DNA of 64,000 nucleotides from Macrostomum lignano (Eukaryota): NCBI GenBank assembly GCA_002269645.1, contig NIVC01001334.1, positions 186,001-250,000 on the forward strand, in the 5' to 3' direction. Every line of letters begins with the position of its first letter. The stretch's first letter is position 1. Shown here piece after piece: positions 23,262 to 35,600 of this stretch. Below the pieces are notes generated by a model. The model made no database searches and was not told the origin of the DNA. It was given only the letters and a program-made list of their open reading frames with translations. Both the position numbers and the translations under genes were made by a program.

Positions 23262-25773
23262 TCAGGTCACGTGAGCGAACTCCCGCACCAGCGGATTAAG
23301 CGACTCAACGGACAGCAGGCGGGTGAACTCAACCATCTTATTCTCAACTGTGCGCATATCGATGAAGGTGAGCAGGAGTCTGGGGTAGAGCTGCATGGCA
23401 TCGGGCACGCCAAACTCGCGGGCCAGGTACTTCTTGAGCAGCAGCGAATAGAAAGACTGGGCGCGCTCTAGCGAGTCCCTGGCCGGAGAGGCCGGCATGG
23501 AGTCGGTGTTGAACAGCTTCAAAGCCAGCATCAGCATCTTCACCGTGCTGTCGTGCCGGCTGTACAGCTCCAGCCGGGCGTACACGTTGTGCGAGTTGGC
23601 GCAGTACTGGTCCAGGTCCGCCAGGGTGAGGTCGCTGGAGCCCGGGTGCATCGACACGATGGCTGCCACCGCCGCGGCCAGCTCGCGCATCAGGGACACC
23701 CCGCCGCTGCCCGACAGACGCCGCTGCGATTCCTGATCATCATCGGCGTTGGACGAAGCCAGCGGGATCTCCCAGGAGCCGGTGACAGGGTTGAAGAAGA
23801 AGGACGAGTACAGAATCACTAGGCCGTAGATGTTCACCTAAAATTTTACGGTGAGATTCTGGATGAGATTATGTGGACTGGGGTGAGATTTTAAATGAGA
23901 TATGTATAAAATATGATATTCTAGTTGAGATTATACGGTCTGGGATGAGATTATAGATGAAATTTTATGAGCTAGGGTGAGATTCCAGTTGAAATCATGT
24001 GGGCCAGGTAAGATTCTAGATAAGATTTCATAGAAAAGGTGAGATTCCAGCTGAGATCATTCGGGCTAGGGTGAGATTCCAGTTGAAATCATGTGGGCCA
24101 GGTAAGATTCTAGATAAGATTTCATAGAAAAGGTGAGATTCCAGCTGAGATCATTCGGGCTAGGGTGAGATTTCAGTTGAGATTCTCCGGGCTAGGGTGA
24201 GATTCCAGATGAGATAATGCAGGCTAGGGTGAGATTGCAGCTGAGATTATTTTGGCTAAGGTGAGATTCCACCTGAGATTATTTTGGCTAGGTGAGATTC
24301 CAACTAAGATTATTTTGGCTAGGGTGAGATTTCATCTGCGATTATGCACCTTGAGCATGAGAATCTGAGAGTCCTTGTCGACCTCGCTAAATATTGGTAT
24401 AAGCTTGACCACTGAGATGATGCGCCGTATACAGGCCTCCATCTGGTTGAAGGCCTGCTCCAGCCGGCCAACTCCGTCCTTGGCCTCGCCGCCGTCGGGC
24501 CTGTCGCAGTCCGACATCTGCAGGGCGTCGCTCAGTCGGTCCTGAGCCTCGCGGAGGCCATCCAGGCACTCTAGTTCGTTGCTTGTGAGCTCCGAGCTCC
24601 AGGTGCGGCCGGCCAGGGTGGCCTCAGACCAGGCCAGCGCCAGGGCGCCAGTCGTGACCGGCCGGGACTGCAGCTGCGGCGGCTGCGGCTGGCGGTGCTG
24701 CGACTGCTGCTGCTGGGTTGACAGAAGGTGGTCCAGGAACACCGCTGATGCGCGCCTGCGGGCTGGGGAGGGGCAGAGTGGGATTAGGATTGGCGCGATT
24801 CTCACGGAGATTGGGGCGATTCTCACGGAGATTGGGGCGATTCTCACGGAGACCGGGGCGATTCTCACGGAGATTGGTGTGATTCTCACGGATATTGGTG
24901 TGATTCTCACGGAGATTGGGGCGATTCTCACGGAGGTTAGTGCGATTCTCATGGAGATTGGGACGATTCTCACTGGGTCGAGGCGATTTTCTTTGCGATT
25001 GCGGTAAATGTGGGCGACTCTCAGTCACATGCAACACAGGATACGGACTCACCACTATCGCGATTGTGCACCCCGAGAACGCCGCCACGAGGCGACGACG
25101 CGGCAGCTGCCGCCGACTCCGAGGACGACCAGGGCAGCTGCAGTTGCTGCCTGGCTGTTCGCTTCTTCGGCTTGGCCCGCTGCTCCAGCTTCTCAGGCGG
25201 CAGGATGAGTTCCTTCTTCATGCCGACACGGAGGCACTTCTCCAGCCGGCAGGTAGGGCAGTGCTTCCTCTGCGGGCCGCTCACGTCACATCCGCCGCCG
25301 CGGCTGCACGGCTTGATTCGTTCGCGAGATTTTAGCGCATTGCGCCGGAAAAACGCTTTGCAGCTCTCGCAGGTCAGCCGGTCAAAATTGTAGCCGGTGG
25401 CCGGCTCGCTGCACACCGCGCAGAACCGGGCGTCAACCGGCAGGGCCGCCTTGCGCCGACGGGTTCGAACCACCGGAGCGCCGCCCTCCTCGGCGCCGCC
25501 GTCCTGACGCTGGCCGTCGCTGTTGAGCAGCAGCAGGGCCCGCTGGTCGGACTCGGACTGCTCGTCGTAGTCCAGCAGCAGGCTGGGGTGGTGATGCCGC
25601 GGCAGGCCGATCCCGACATCGTCTTCCTCGTCATAGTCTTCGGCGTCGTCGAAGTTCTGTTCGTCCTCTTCGGTGACGTCGGCTGAGGAGGCGGCTTCGG
25701 ATTTCACTGACATGGAAGGCAGCAGTGGCAGGCGGCCAGTGGGTTGACGGGCTGAGCTGTCCATGGTGGCCAT
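23262..25773 (-). CDS. HR96: Nuclear hormone receptor, NR1J (HR96/DAF-12/NHR-8) group, ~569 aa
   Basis: Exons 25773-25053, 24762-24350, 23837-23262 (phases 1, 0; 1710 nt total). The C4 zinc fingers CAVC...CESCKAFFRR...C...MKKELIL carry the ESCKA P-box diagnostic of NR1J. The LBD has the signature IISVVKLIPIFSEVDKDSQILMLK and AF-2-like PLVREF. Confidence 0.9.
23845..24332. repeat. Degenerate ~31-bp GGGCTAGGGTGAGATTCCAG-type repeat filling HR96 intron 2
   Basis: Recurrent GTGAGATT core, with an ~89-bp block duplicated. Confidence 0.85.
24787..24972. repeat. 21-bp minisatellite GCGATTCTCACGGAGATTGGG in HR96 intron 1 (~9 copies)
   Basis: Directly visible. Confidence 0.95.
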
Positions 25774-28534
25774 TGGAGACGGCTGGGCTGCAAGGTTGAA
25801 TTTTTATATTTTATCAGCGTTGTCTACTGCTAGTAGCATCAATAGAATAAAAATGATTTTTCAATATAAAAGCAACCAGACTCTAATGTGGGTTTGGGTT
25901 TGGGGTCACTCTTATGAATCATTCATGTGCAACCGCCCTGATTTACACTGGCCGTGGGACTTACTTTTTGACTAAAAAAGCAAGTTACCTGTGAAAGAAA
26001 CTCAAAAAGCAAATATTAATGTAATTTTGGGTAAATGGCAGGAGTAGCATTGATTGTCTTATATATAAAGGCTAAATGCCTCATCATCTAATCAGTGCTA
26101 CATCTTTTATGGGTGGGCATTTTTGCAACTTACCTTGGCTGGCCCCTTGCCAGCTGGCCAGATTGGCCAGGTGTTGCACATATGGATTGTAGAAAATCTG
26201 ATAAAGAATTAATAAGGCTATATTTATTATAAGGATTTGTGCTGAGCTTAGGTATTTCTGCCTTAGAGAAATTCTCATAAGGCAATAGTGTGACTCTTAG
26301 AAATTGGGAAGGTTCTCATAGGGAACTTGGAAGATTCTCATGGGGAATTAGGACAATTTTTATTAAGAATTAGAGCTGGGTTTCAATTTGTAGATCAGAT
26401 TAATATTTTTATTGACATGTTAATTACAATAGGATTTAATAATATAACACAATATGGCTCTATTCTAGCAAGCTACTATGTAGATAAGTCCAAATAAAAT
26501 AATAAAAAATTTGCATTGAATATACTATATAGGATTAAATTTTAGCAAGTTAGTAGTATAGGTAGATAAATAATAATTTAGAATATATTGAATGGGAATT
26601 ACTAATAGCATATTATAACAACATATAAAAGCAAAATATAGTTTAAAAATAGCTTTTTCATTTAACAATGAAAGGAATTTACTTTAAAATTTTTAACTAG
26701 TATACTAATATTCTTATTTAATATGTGGTTTAAGTATTTATAGCAAAGAAATAGAAGGCTAGCTTTTTTATACTTTGAGCAATGATATATTCTTTTTAGC
26801 ATGGCAGTTGCTATTGTTATGGTGACCATATAGATAACAAAAAGTTTATTTTTATGGTTAACACATAACTTCATAAGACACTATGCAGACCTATGGTCTT
26901 TAATATAACCTTATAAATAGCAAAACTGTTATTTTTATGGTCACCGTAGGTAGGAAGCAAAATGGCTATTTTTACAGTCATGTGGAAGAGATTTTTGTTA
27001 AATAACAAGGTAATAGTTAACAATTACCTAAACTCATCATAAGTTACCATCATATTTAGGCCTATTGATAAAATGTTTCTTTATTATTTTAATTTAACCA
27101 TCATAGCATTTGCACAGCAAGTTTGTCACTTCATTTAGGTGGTATTTGTTTTAAGTGTTAACCATAATCCGTAAAAATAACTGTCTCGCTATTTATACAG
27201 TCACTGTAACAATAACAATTGTCTTTTAGTATATTATTAAAGAGCTAGGCCATATCTAATGCAATTTGACCTTGCCCTTAGCTATAATCTAGTAATAGGC
27301 CTACAGATAATTCATTTGGCTTTAGTATAATATACAAGTAAATTTTGATTAATATATAGGCCCCTAACATTAGTCATTAATAATAATAGTTAATTATATT
27401 TGCTACAAAATGCATGGTTAGATTTGCAACTGATAATAGTGATAGGGGGTCTAGTTTAGCTATAGCAATTTCTAAGTAATATCGATAAAAAATTAATGAA
27501 GTTAAAATAAAATACTACTAGTGGCATTTTTATATTAATTAAATTAGCAAAACAAAAATATTCTAGGCCTAGTCTAATTGATACAATAGGCCCTAATGCT
27601 AAACAACTTTACTAAAAGAAGCCAGGCAAATTCTATGCTTGTATTTTCTGGCACTATTGTCTTTTCTCTTTTGGATTGATCACTCCATGTCTCCATCCAG
27701 TCCAGTTTCCAGTTAAAGGGGGCCTAGGCTATTACAGTTCAGAAAATTGATAATATTTAAGACTGCCAGCCCAAAGGAAAAGAGGCACTATCATCGCCAG
27801 CCACTAGACCCCCCGCCCCCTTAAATCCGACCCTGCACAGGTAGTCTGTCTCAAACAGGTAGTCTGCTCTTGCTTGCAATTTTACCATACTGGGGGGCCT
27901 AGCTTGCTTGAGCACTGAATGCAGAATGAAGAATGTTTTTCCACGGATGCTTAATTTTTTTATTTTATCACTGCTGTTCGTACTAACTGTTTTACAATAT
28001 GAAGTTTTAAAATTAATTTTATTATTTTTCATTTTTTGGTGCTAAAATTAAAATACGTATTTTTATTTGTTTTAATGACAACCTCTGATTATTAATTCAA
28101 ATCGAGTATTATTCAATCAGGCTGCAAGGCACGGTTCGGCCTGTTCAGTTACAGTTACAGGCTCGTATGATTGTGTGGTACTGCGCCATGTGCATGTACA
28201 TCTGGTTTTTGGGCCATTAAAGTAAATGCCGGAGTATAAATAAGTCTTTTTTCATAAAAAATAGAATTAATATGTCAGTTGGCATAACAATAGGATCCAT
28301 TTAAGACGGTCTTTTTGGGCGGTCCAGGCCGGTATATTGGTTTTCAGAAATACATGTAGTATCAACTAAAATTTTGAGTTGATTTATCTCTAAATTTGGC
28401 TTGAGGCCTAAAAAAGATGAAAAGACTGCAGGTGACGAGTTTCCAGCGTCAGGCAAACGAGCAACGAGTACCAAATATGTCTTGAGTAAAAGTAAAAGGA
28501 ACTTTAATTGCTTTTTAGGAAAGCACTAGCAATC

Positions 28535-28690
28535 AGCGCCCCCCGTAGGCCCCCGTAACCCTAACCCTAAAGCATTGAAATTTCAGTAATTCTCCCCAAG
28601 AGTCATTATAGCACTACAGCATTATAGCGATTCCCTGCAAGCCTCGACATCGTAGGGATTCTCAAATGAATCTCTTAACTTCGACATGAC
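28535..28690. repeat. Dispersed repeat fragment with AACCCT subrepeats, matching ~49830-49968
   Basis: AACCCTAAAGCATTGA...GCACTACAGCATTATAGCGATTCCCTGCAAGCCTCGACATCGTAGGGATT...AACTTCGACATGA is nearly identical at both places. Confidence 0.8.
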
Positions 28691-31364
28691 TGCGGCTTTA
28701 TGCGAGAAATACGCGTACACTACTTTAAATAGGAAATTTGGATGTTTTGGTGTTTATGTACATAATTATTATTTGCCTGCTTGCTTTTGATTGCTTCGCA
28801 TATATTTTTGCAAAGAATCATTGAGTAGTCCTTGAGGACTGCATGTAGATTTCTTTTCGAATTTTTTTCGTTTCGTGTTTTTGCTCATCTAACATGGGTG
28901 CGCCAGCCCAGGGCGCCATCATATGGAGGCTGCAGCAATAATAGTGGCCGCCAGCATCAAGAGGGCGCAAGCAACGGTGCATGGCGCCAATCTATAGCTG
29001 TTGAAGAACGACTAAAAATAAGAACAGGGGCGCAAATCTTTTAAGAGGGGGGGGTTGCCACAACTACTCTGATAGGGCGCCATAATTTTTGCCTGTTTAT
29101 TACTCGTAATTGGGGGCTGTGGCCCACTGCCCCCTCCTGACCACGCTCCTGGGGCAAAGGGCGCTCAAAGGTATTCGGCGAGGTCGCCTCGTTGGCGCCC
29201 CTCCCCCCCCCCCAGCCGGAGTCTGTGGCTGTTGCAGTCGCCATGACAGCGTCAGATGAAGAGCAGAGAATGCATTGCGCCGTGAGACAGCAGTTATTTG
29301 AAATTCCGCAGTTTTGCTCCGTGTGTTGGCATCCCGGGACGCCGCGCTTTTGATGACTTGAGTTTAGAGGCGGGGTGACTGAGCGCGCTCTGAATTTCAA
29401 GATGAACATTGATAATTACATGATAATTACATGTAGCTCCAAAATAAAAGTTGAAAAAAAGTGTGTTCTCAAACATGCTGAGCATCTCTGGCCTTGCAGA
29501 AAAAGACAGGGAATGGCGCAATCCTCTCTTGAGTTTGGATTTTTAAACGAAAAAAATAGCCAGCGGAAAACTAGCTGTACCCGTTGGAAACAGTTCTAGC
29601 GGCCCTTGGGACAATTTTATCCGCCAGTGGACAATTTTGTCCAGTCGTTGACTCCAGCGGACTTGATCCACACTCCTTTAGTCCCATCCAGTAGTTGAGA
29701 CTCTCGCCCTGACTGAATCCGGTCACGCACTCCGCCCAGCTCAGCACTTCAGTTCAGCTCATCGGAAACTGGCGATGCAATGCTGCACGCATATTAATTA
29801 ATGCGGTGCTGGCATTTTGTTTACATGTTTCCAATGGCAAGGCATTTGTGCATTCCGTATTGTTTTGAAATTGAAATTCATGAAATTGAGATGCTGCTAC
29901 AAGAGAAGCCGGTGTTGTCGCCACAAGGATCGGAGTCGCAGTAGAGGCTTCAGTAGGACTCTAACATGCTGTCAGTCTTGAAGTTAGAACAGCGCGGAGC
30001 ACAAGTGAAACTGGGACCAAAAACTACTTAAGTATGGTGAAAAATAATACGTTTCTTAGATGCTTAATGTTTTATAGCCTTTCCTTTAGAAAATTAGGAT
30101 TCTGTTAATCTCATATTCTACGTACATGTCCTTGACGGCCTTGACAGGAGCCTGAGGCATTCCGAGAGAAAAATCCCCAGTTTAAACAGTCGAGTTCCAA
30201 AATCGGTCACGTGATGCTCTCTGAAGTGAGCTGGCTGACGCCGGTGTCTCGGACTCGATCGAGCAGCCCCTTGAGAGCCTCAGCGTTGTACAGCAGTGCG
30301 GCGTCACAATCTGGAAAAGCTGCGACCTGGCACCGTCCGTTTCAAGGCCTCGGAGCACCGTGTCCGATCATTTCTGAGACTAATGATGAGTACACCGCTC
30401 GTATTAATCTCTAGATATTGAAGACAGAAAAAGTGACTACATGCACACACAGTCTAGGAAGATACTTGCTTGCGCACCTGCAAATTTGATGAATCCCTCC
30501 GGTCCTCAACCCAAACAGCCGACTATGGACGCAAGCGTCTGTCATAAATTCCAAGAAGCAGACTTGCTCGGGGCCTACCGCATTGATTGTGCAATTCGAG
30601 AGTGAAGGCGAGCAATCTCGTATTTAACAAAGTTGAAATGCGACTTTTCCTAGTTTTGAAAACTTTTTCCTCTGCCCCCCTTTTTAAAAAGCAGCTGTCG
30701 ATCCGTAAGAACGCAGGAATCGTGAGGATAATAAAAAATCTCTCCCCAATACCCTTACCTGCCACCGGGGAGAGACCAGGATGCCGGACTCCCGACACTT
30801 AATTCCCACCCCGTGGCAGTGTGGCGGCACCCTCGCCCATAAACTGAGGCAGTCCCGCTAGAGGCAGCAACAGAGGGGTGAGAGCCACTTAACTGTGCAC
30901 CTCACGTGCAGTTATTTTCGCAGCTAGCTGGACCCTTGGCTATAGACGCATAACCGTCGGGTGACTAAATCAGCAGCCACTTTGCGCGCAGAATGTCGCA
31001 GGTCGAAGAAGTCCAGCGGGGGGGGATCCGTGTTCCAATTTCCCAGCAATTTCACATTTTTCTGAAAATGAGCCACCATATTTTTTAAATTAATTAATAA
31101 CTCTGACAGACTCTGAACCTGTATCGTTCTGAATACTTTAAAGCAGGAACCTGGGAATTTTACCATGCAGTTTTTAGCCCTAACTTGGGAATTTCTCTCT
31201 CTCTCTCTCTATCTCTCACTCTCACTCCGATATGTGGTCCAGCCGTCATGCATTTTATTGGAGGTTGAGCAATTACATGTACAAGTTTGTCAGCTTTGAT
31301 TTTGAGCAATTCTGCTGGATACTGGCAAGGGAGTATATGTCTATCCATGAGGCTATAGTACATG

Positions 31365-31660
31365 AAAACTCGGTTTAGGTACATGTAAACTCGGTTTAGG
31401 TACATGTAAACTGGTTTAGGTACATGTAAACTTGGTTTAGGTACATGTAAACTGGTTTAGCTACATGTAAACTTGGTTTAGGTCCATGTAAACTTGGTTT
31501 AGGTACATGTAAACTTGGTTTAGGTACATGTAAATAAACTGGTTTAGGTACATTTAAACTGGTTTAAGTACATGTAAACTGGTCTAGGTACATGTAAACT
31601 TGGTTTAGGTACATGTAAACTGGTTTAGGTACATGTAAACTGGTTTAGGTGCTTGTAAAC
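31365..31660. repeat. 20-21-bp minisatellite AAAC(T)TGGTTTAGGTACATGT (~14 copies)
   Basis: Directly visible. Confidence 0.95.
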
Positions 31661-32688
31661 TGGTGAAACCAACTCGGGCTAAGCAGCAAAAAATGATATG
31701 AGAAGAGCGGAAGTGCAGTTAAAGAAATTAACATGGTGATACCAAAAATGTGGCAAAGTTGGATGTTTAATTTATTTTCATACTCTTCTCAGACACAGTT
31801 ACGACTTGCCATTGCCCTTATACTCATCAAAATGCATATCTCGCTCACATTTCAATGGCAAATTTTTAAGAGAAGTCTTATTAGGAATGCCTATGCGGGG
31901 CGTGACTCAGAAAGAGGTGTAAAATTCTGCGTGCTAAACTAATTTGACTACTTTATTGTCGGCTATAACCAAAAACCGGCTTGTTATGCCAGCCGGAAAG
32001 ACTACAGTTATCTCCGCCTCGCTGATAAAACCTCGAATTTTCTCCAAAGCTGATTCTATACAGATCTATGTCTGGCTGGCATATGCAGGCATACTTCTTC
32101 AAATATTCCTTCAGTTTTGATGGGGCGGCGAATTAACAAATTTTCTGGCCATGCGATGCGGGAGGCAGTAAAAACCTTTCCTGCTCTGCATTCTGTTTGA
32201 TCTGAACAAGGAGTCCTCGATTTTTAGCTGTATTTCGTAAAATGTAGTTTAGAGTAGGTATCATTTTATAAGACAGAGTTTTCTATCTACTGAAGGTTCA
32301 ATTGAGAAGCCTTTTTAACTATGAACGGTGGCTTTAAAAAAGTGTCTTCACACTTTTCTATGTTGCAAGTTTCTGCATAAACTCTCCTGTTTTTGTCGAT
32401 GTGTATGTAGTTCATTCAGCTATAAAATCAGTGCGATTTTCTTCCCATCTTTGTCCTCGGTCGGGTCCTTTGAAACTTCACTTGCAGCAAAACGGCCCAA
32501 CCAGAACTTAGTTGCCTGTCCAGCATTTTAACTTAAGATGTCCCTGGCCGAGACCCGGTGCTTCCCCGCCATTGGCTGGTCCCAACACCTGAGAGTTTTG
32601 TCTCCATCATTAAAAACCAGAAAAATTCGGGAGGAGATCAAGCAAGAACTATAATTCTTTTGGAAACCAAAAAGAAACGGTCAGTCCA

Positions 32689-35600
32689 ATGAACCGACCA
32701 AGCCTTCAAATGCTGCTGCTCGTCCTTCTGTTGGTTCGCTTCGCAGCTGATGCCTCCCACCCCTCCGCTGCACAGTCCGCAGCGCTGATCGGCGGCGGCA
32801 GTCTGCATCCGACATCAGTCGATGTGCACCTGAAAGACACTCGATGGTGGTGAGTTGCTTTTAAAAAGGCCCGTTCACATCGACATCAAATGAAGCTTGT
32901 ACATTAGTGGTGTGGTTTGATGGCTCTTGATGACGTTATGAATGAGCCTTGGCCATCTGAGCAGTTCCCTTGAGTACTTAGTCATCTGAGCAGTTCCCTT
33001 GAGTACTTAGTCATCTGAGCAGTTCCCTTGAGTACTTAGTCATCCGAACAGTTCCTTTGAGGCCTTGACGATCTGAGTAATTCACTCTTGAGGCCCTGAC
33101 GATCTGAGTATTTCACTCTTGAAGCCTGACCTCCATAACTGCTTGCTAATCTGTCCATTCCCAAATTAACCTTGCCTTTAAAGCGACATATCAAGAATCA
33201 AACCTGTCCTGGTTCAGCTTTAACTTGCAATTCTGTCGCGATGCCTTTTCTCAGCGCTAGAACTCATCGCTACATGCGAAAGCAAATTTGGTCAAAGTTT
33301 GTGCACAAATTTGAGGGCTCATTAAATTTCGAAATAAATAGTGCCTTTGCCGCAAGCTGTAGCTCTAAGCCTCGAGGTCAATTATAGCGCTCAGTAATGA
33401 TCTCAATCTGCTTCATGCCGAGCCTCGGAAAGATTCAGTTCTGTCGCAGTTGAGTTGCCCGATCTCTGCTTTAATTTCTGCTTCGCCTTGATTGGCAAAC
33501 TTTGAAATTTGCATTTCAAGTGAATCCTGCTCAGTTGTAGCTCGCGCCTGACTGCATGGTCTCCAATTTGATTGCTGCATTATAGTAAATTTTCAACATC
33601 CAATATACTAAAAATGGTTTGTCGGTAGGTATCTAGGTATCTAATGTATCGGTTTGGGACTCATCGGTTTGGGACTCATCGGTTTGGGACTCATCGGTTT
33701 GGGACTCATCGGTTTGGGACTCATCGGTTTGGGACTCATCGGTTTGGGACTCATCGGTTTGGGACTCATCGGTTTGGGACTCATCGGTTTGGGACTCATC
33801 GGTTTGGGACTCATCGGTTTGGGACTCATCGGTTTGGGACTCATCGGTTTGGGACTCATCGGTTTGGGACTCATCGGTTTGGGACTCATCGGTTTGGGAC
33901 TCATCGGTTTGGGACTCATCGGTTTGGGACTCATCGGTTTGGGACTCATCGGTTTGGGACTCATCGGTTTGGGACTCATCGGTTTGGGACTCATCGGTTT
34001 GGGACTCATCGGTTTGGGACTCATCGGTTTGGGACTCATCGGTTTGGGACTCATCGGTTTGGGACTCATCGGTTTGGGACTCATCGGTTTGGGACTCATC
34101 GGTTTGGGACTCATCGGTTTGGGACTCATCGGTTTGGGACTCATCGGTTTGGGACTCATCGGTTTGGGACTCATCGGTTTGGGACTCATCGGTTTGGGAC
34201 TCATCGGTTTGGGACTCATCGGTTTGGGACTCATCGGTTTGGGACTCATCGGTTTGGGACTCATCGGTTTGGGACTCATCGGTTTGGGACTCATCGGTTT
34301 GGGACTCATCGGTTTGGGACTCATCGGTTTGGGACTCATCGGTTTGGGACTCATCGGTTTGGGACTCATCGGTTTGGGACTCATCGGTTTGGGACTCATC
34401 GGTTTGGGACTCATCGGTTTGGGACTCATCGGTTTGGGACTCATCGGTTTGGGACTCATCGGTTTGGGACTCATCGGTTTGGGACTCATCGGTTTGGGAC
34501 TCATCGGTTTGGGACTCATCGGTTTGGGACTCATCGGTTTGGGACTCATCGGTTTGGGACTCATCGGTTTGGGACTCATCGGTTTGGGACTCATCGGTTT
34601 GGGACTCATCGGTTTGGGACTCATCGGTTTGGGACTCATCGGTTTGGGACTCATCGGTTTGGGACTCATCGGTTTGGGACTCATCGGTTTGGGACTCATC
34701 GGTTTGGGACTCATCGGTTTGGGACTCATCGGTTTGGGACTCATCGGTTTGGGACTCATCGGTTTGGGACTCATCGGTTTGGGACTCATCGGTTTGGGAC
34801 TCATCGGTTTGGGACTCATCGGTTTGGGACTCATCGGTTTGGGACTCATCGGTTTGGGACTCATCGGTTTGGGACTCATCGGTTTGGGATTCATCGGTTT
34901 GGGACTCATCGGTTTGGGACTCATCGGTTTGGGACTCATCGGTTTGGGACTCATCGGTTTGGGACTCATCGGTTTGGGACTCATCGGTTTGGGACTCATC
35001 GGTTTGGGACTCATCGGTTTGGGACTCATCGGTTTGGGACTCATCGGTTTGGGACTCATCGGTTTGGGACTCATCGGTTTGGGACTCATCGGTTTGGGAC
35101 TCATCGGTTTGGGACTCATCGGTTTGGGACTCATCGGTTTGGTACTCATCGGTTTGGGACTCATCGAATTTGTGATTTAATGCTTCGCAAAGTACTAGTA
35201 CTCCTATTTATATTAAAAAGTACCCGTAAAGACAAAAATTCCAGCCTCAACTGAAATACGCAGGTCGCTGCACGAGGCTTATCTTAGGCCTGACTTCGAC
35301 CTGTTCAAGGCCAGGAGCCACTTCACCCGGCAGCAGTGGGCGACCTTCTCCGCCAGGCGCTGCGGCTTCGATCCGGCCGCGATCCGAGCGGCGCTGCAGG
35401 GCGTCAACTTGGCGTTGCACGAGTGCGAGCGACAGATGAGCACGGAGCGGTGGAACTGCTCCCGGCTACCCCAGAACTACAGGGCAGAGGCGGGAAACAT
35501 CTTCGGCCAGCTGTTGAAAAAGGGTTGGTGTTCTGGAACCATTCTGGAACCATTCTGGAACCATTCTGGAACCATTCTGGAACCATTCTGGAACCATTCT

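Noticed and set aside
33641-35254. 500+-aa ORFs (SPKPM)n, (HRFGT)n, (GLIGL)n, including SPKK-like or collagen-like readings
   Set aside because: A 15-bp satellite open in several frames on both strands; lies inside Wnt intron 1
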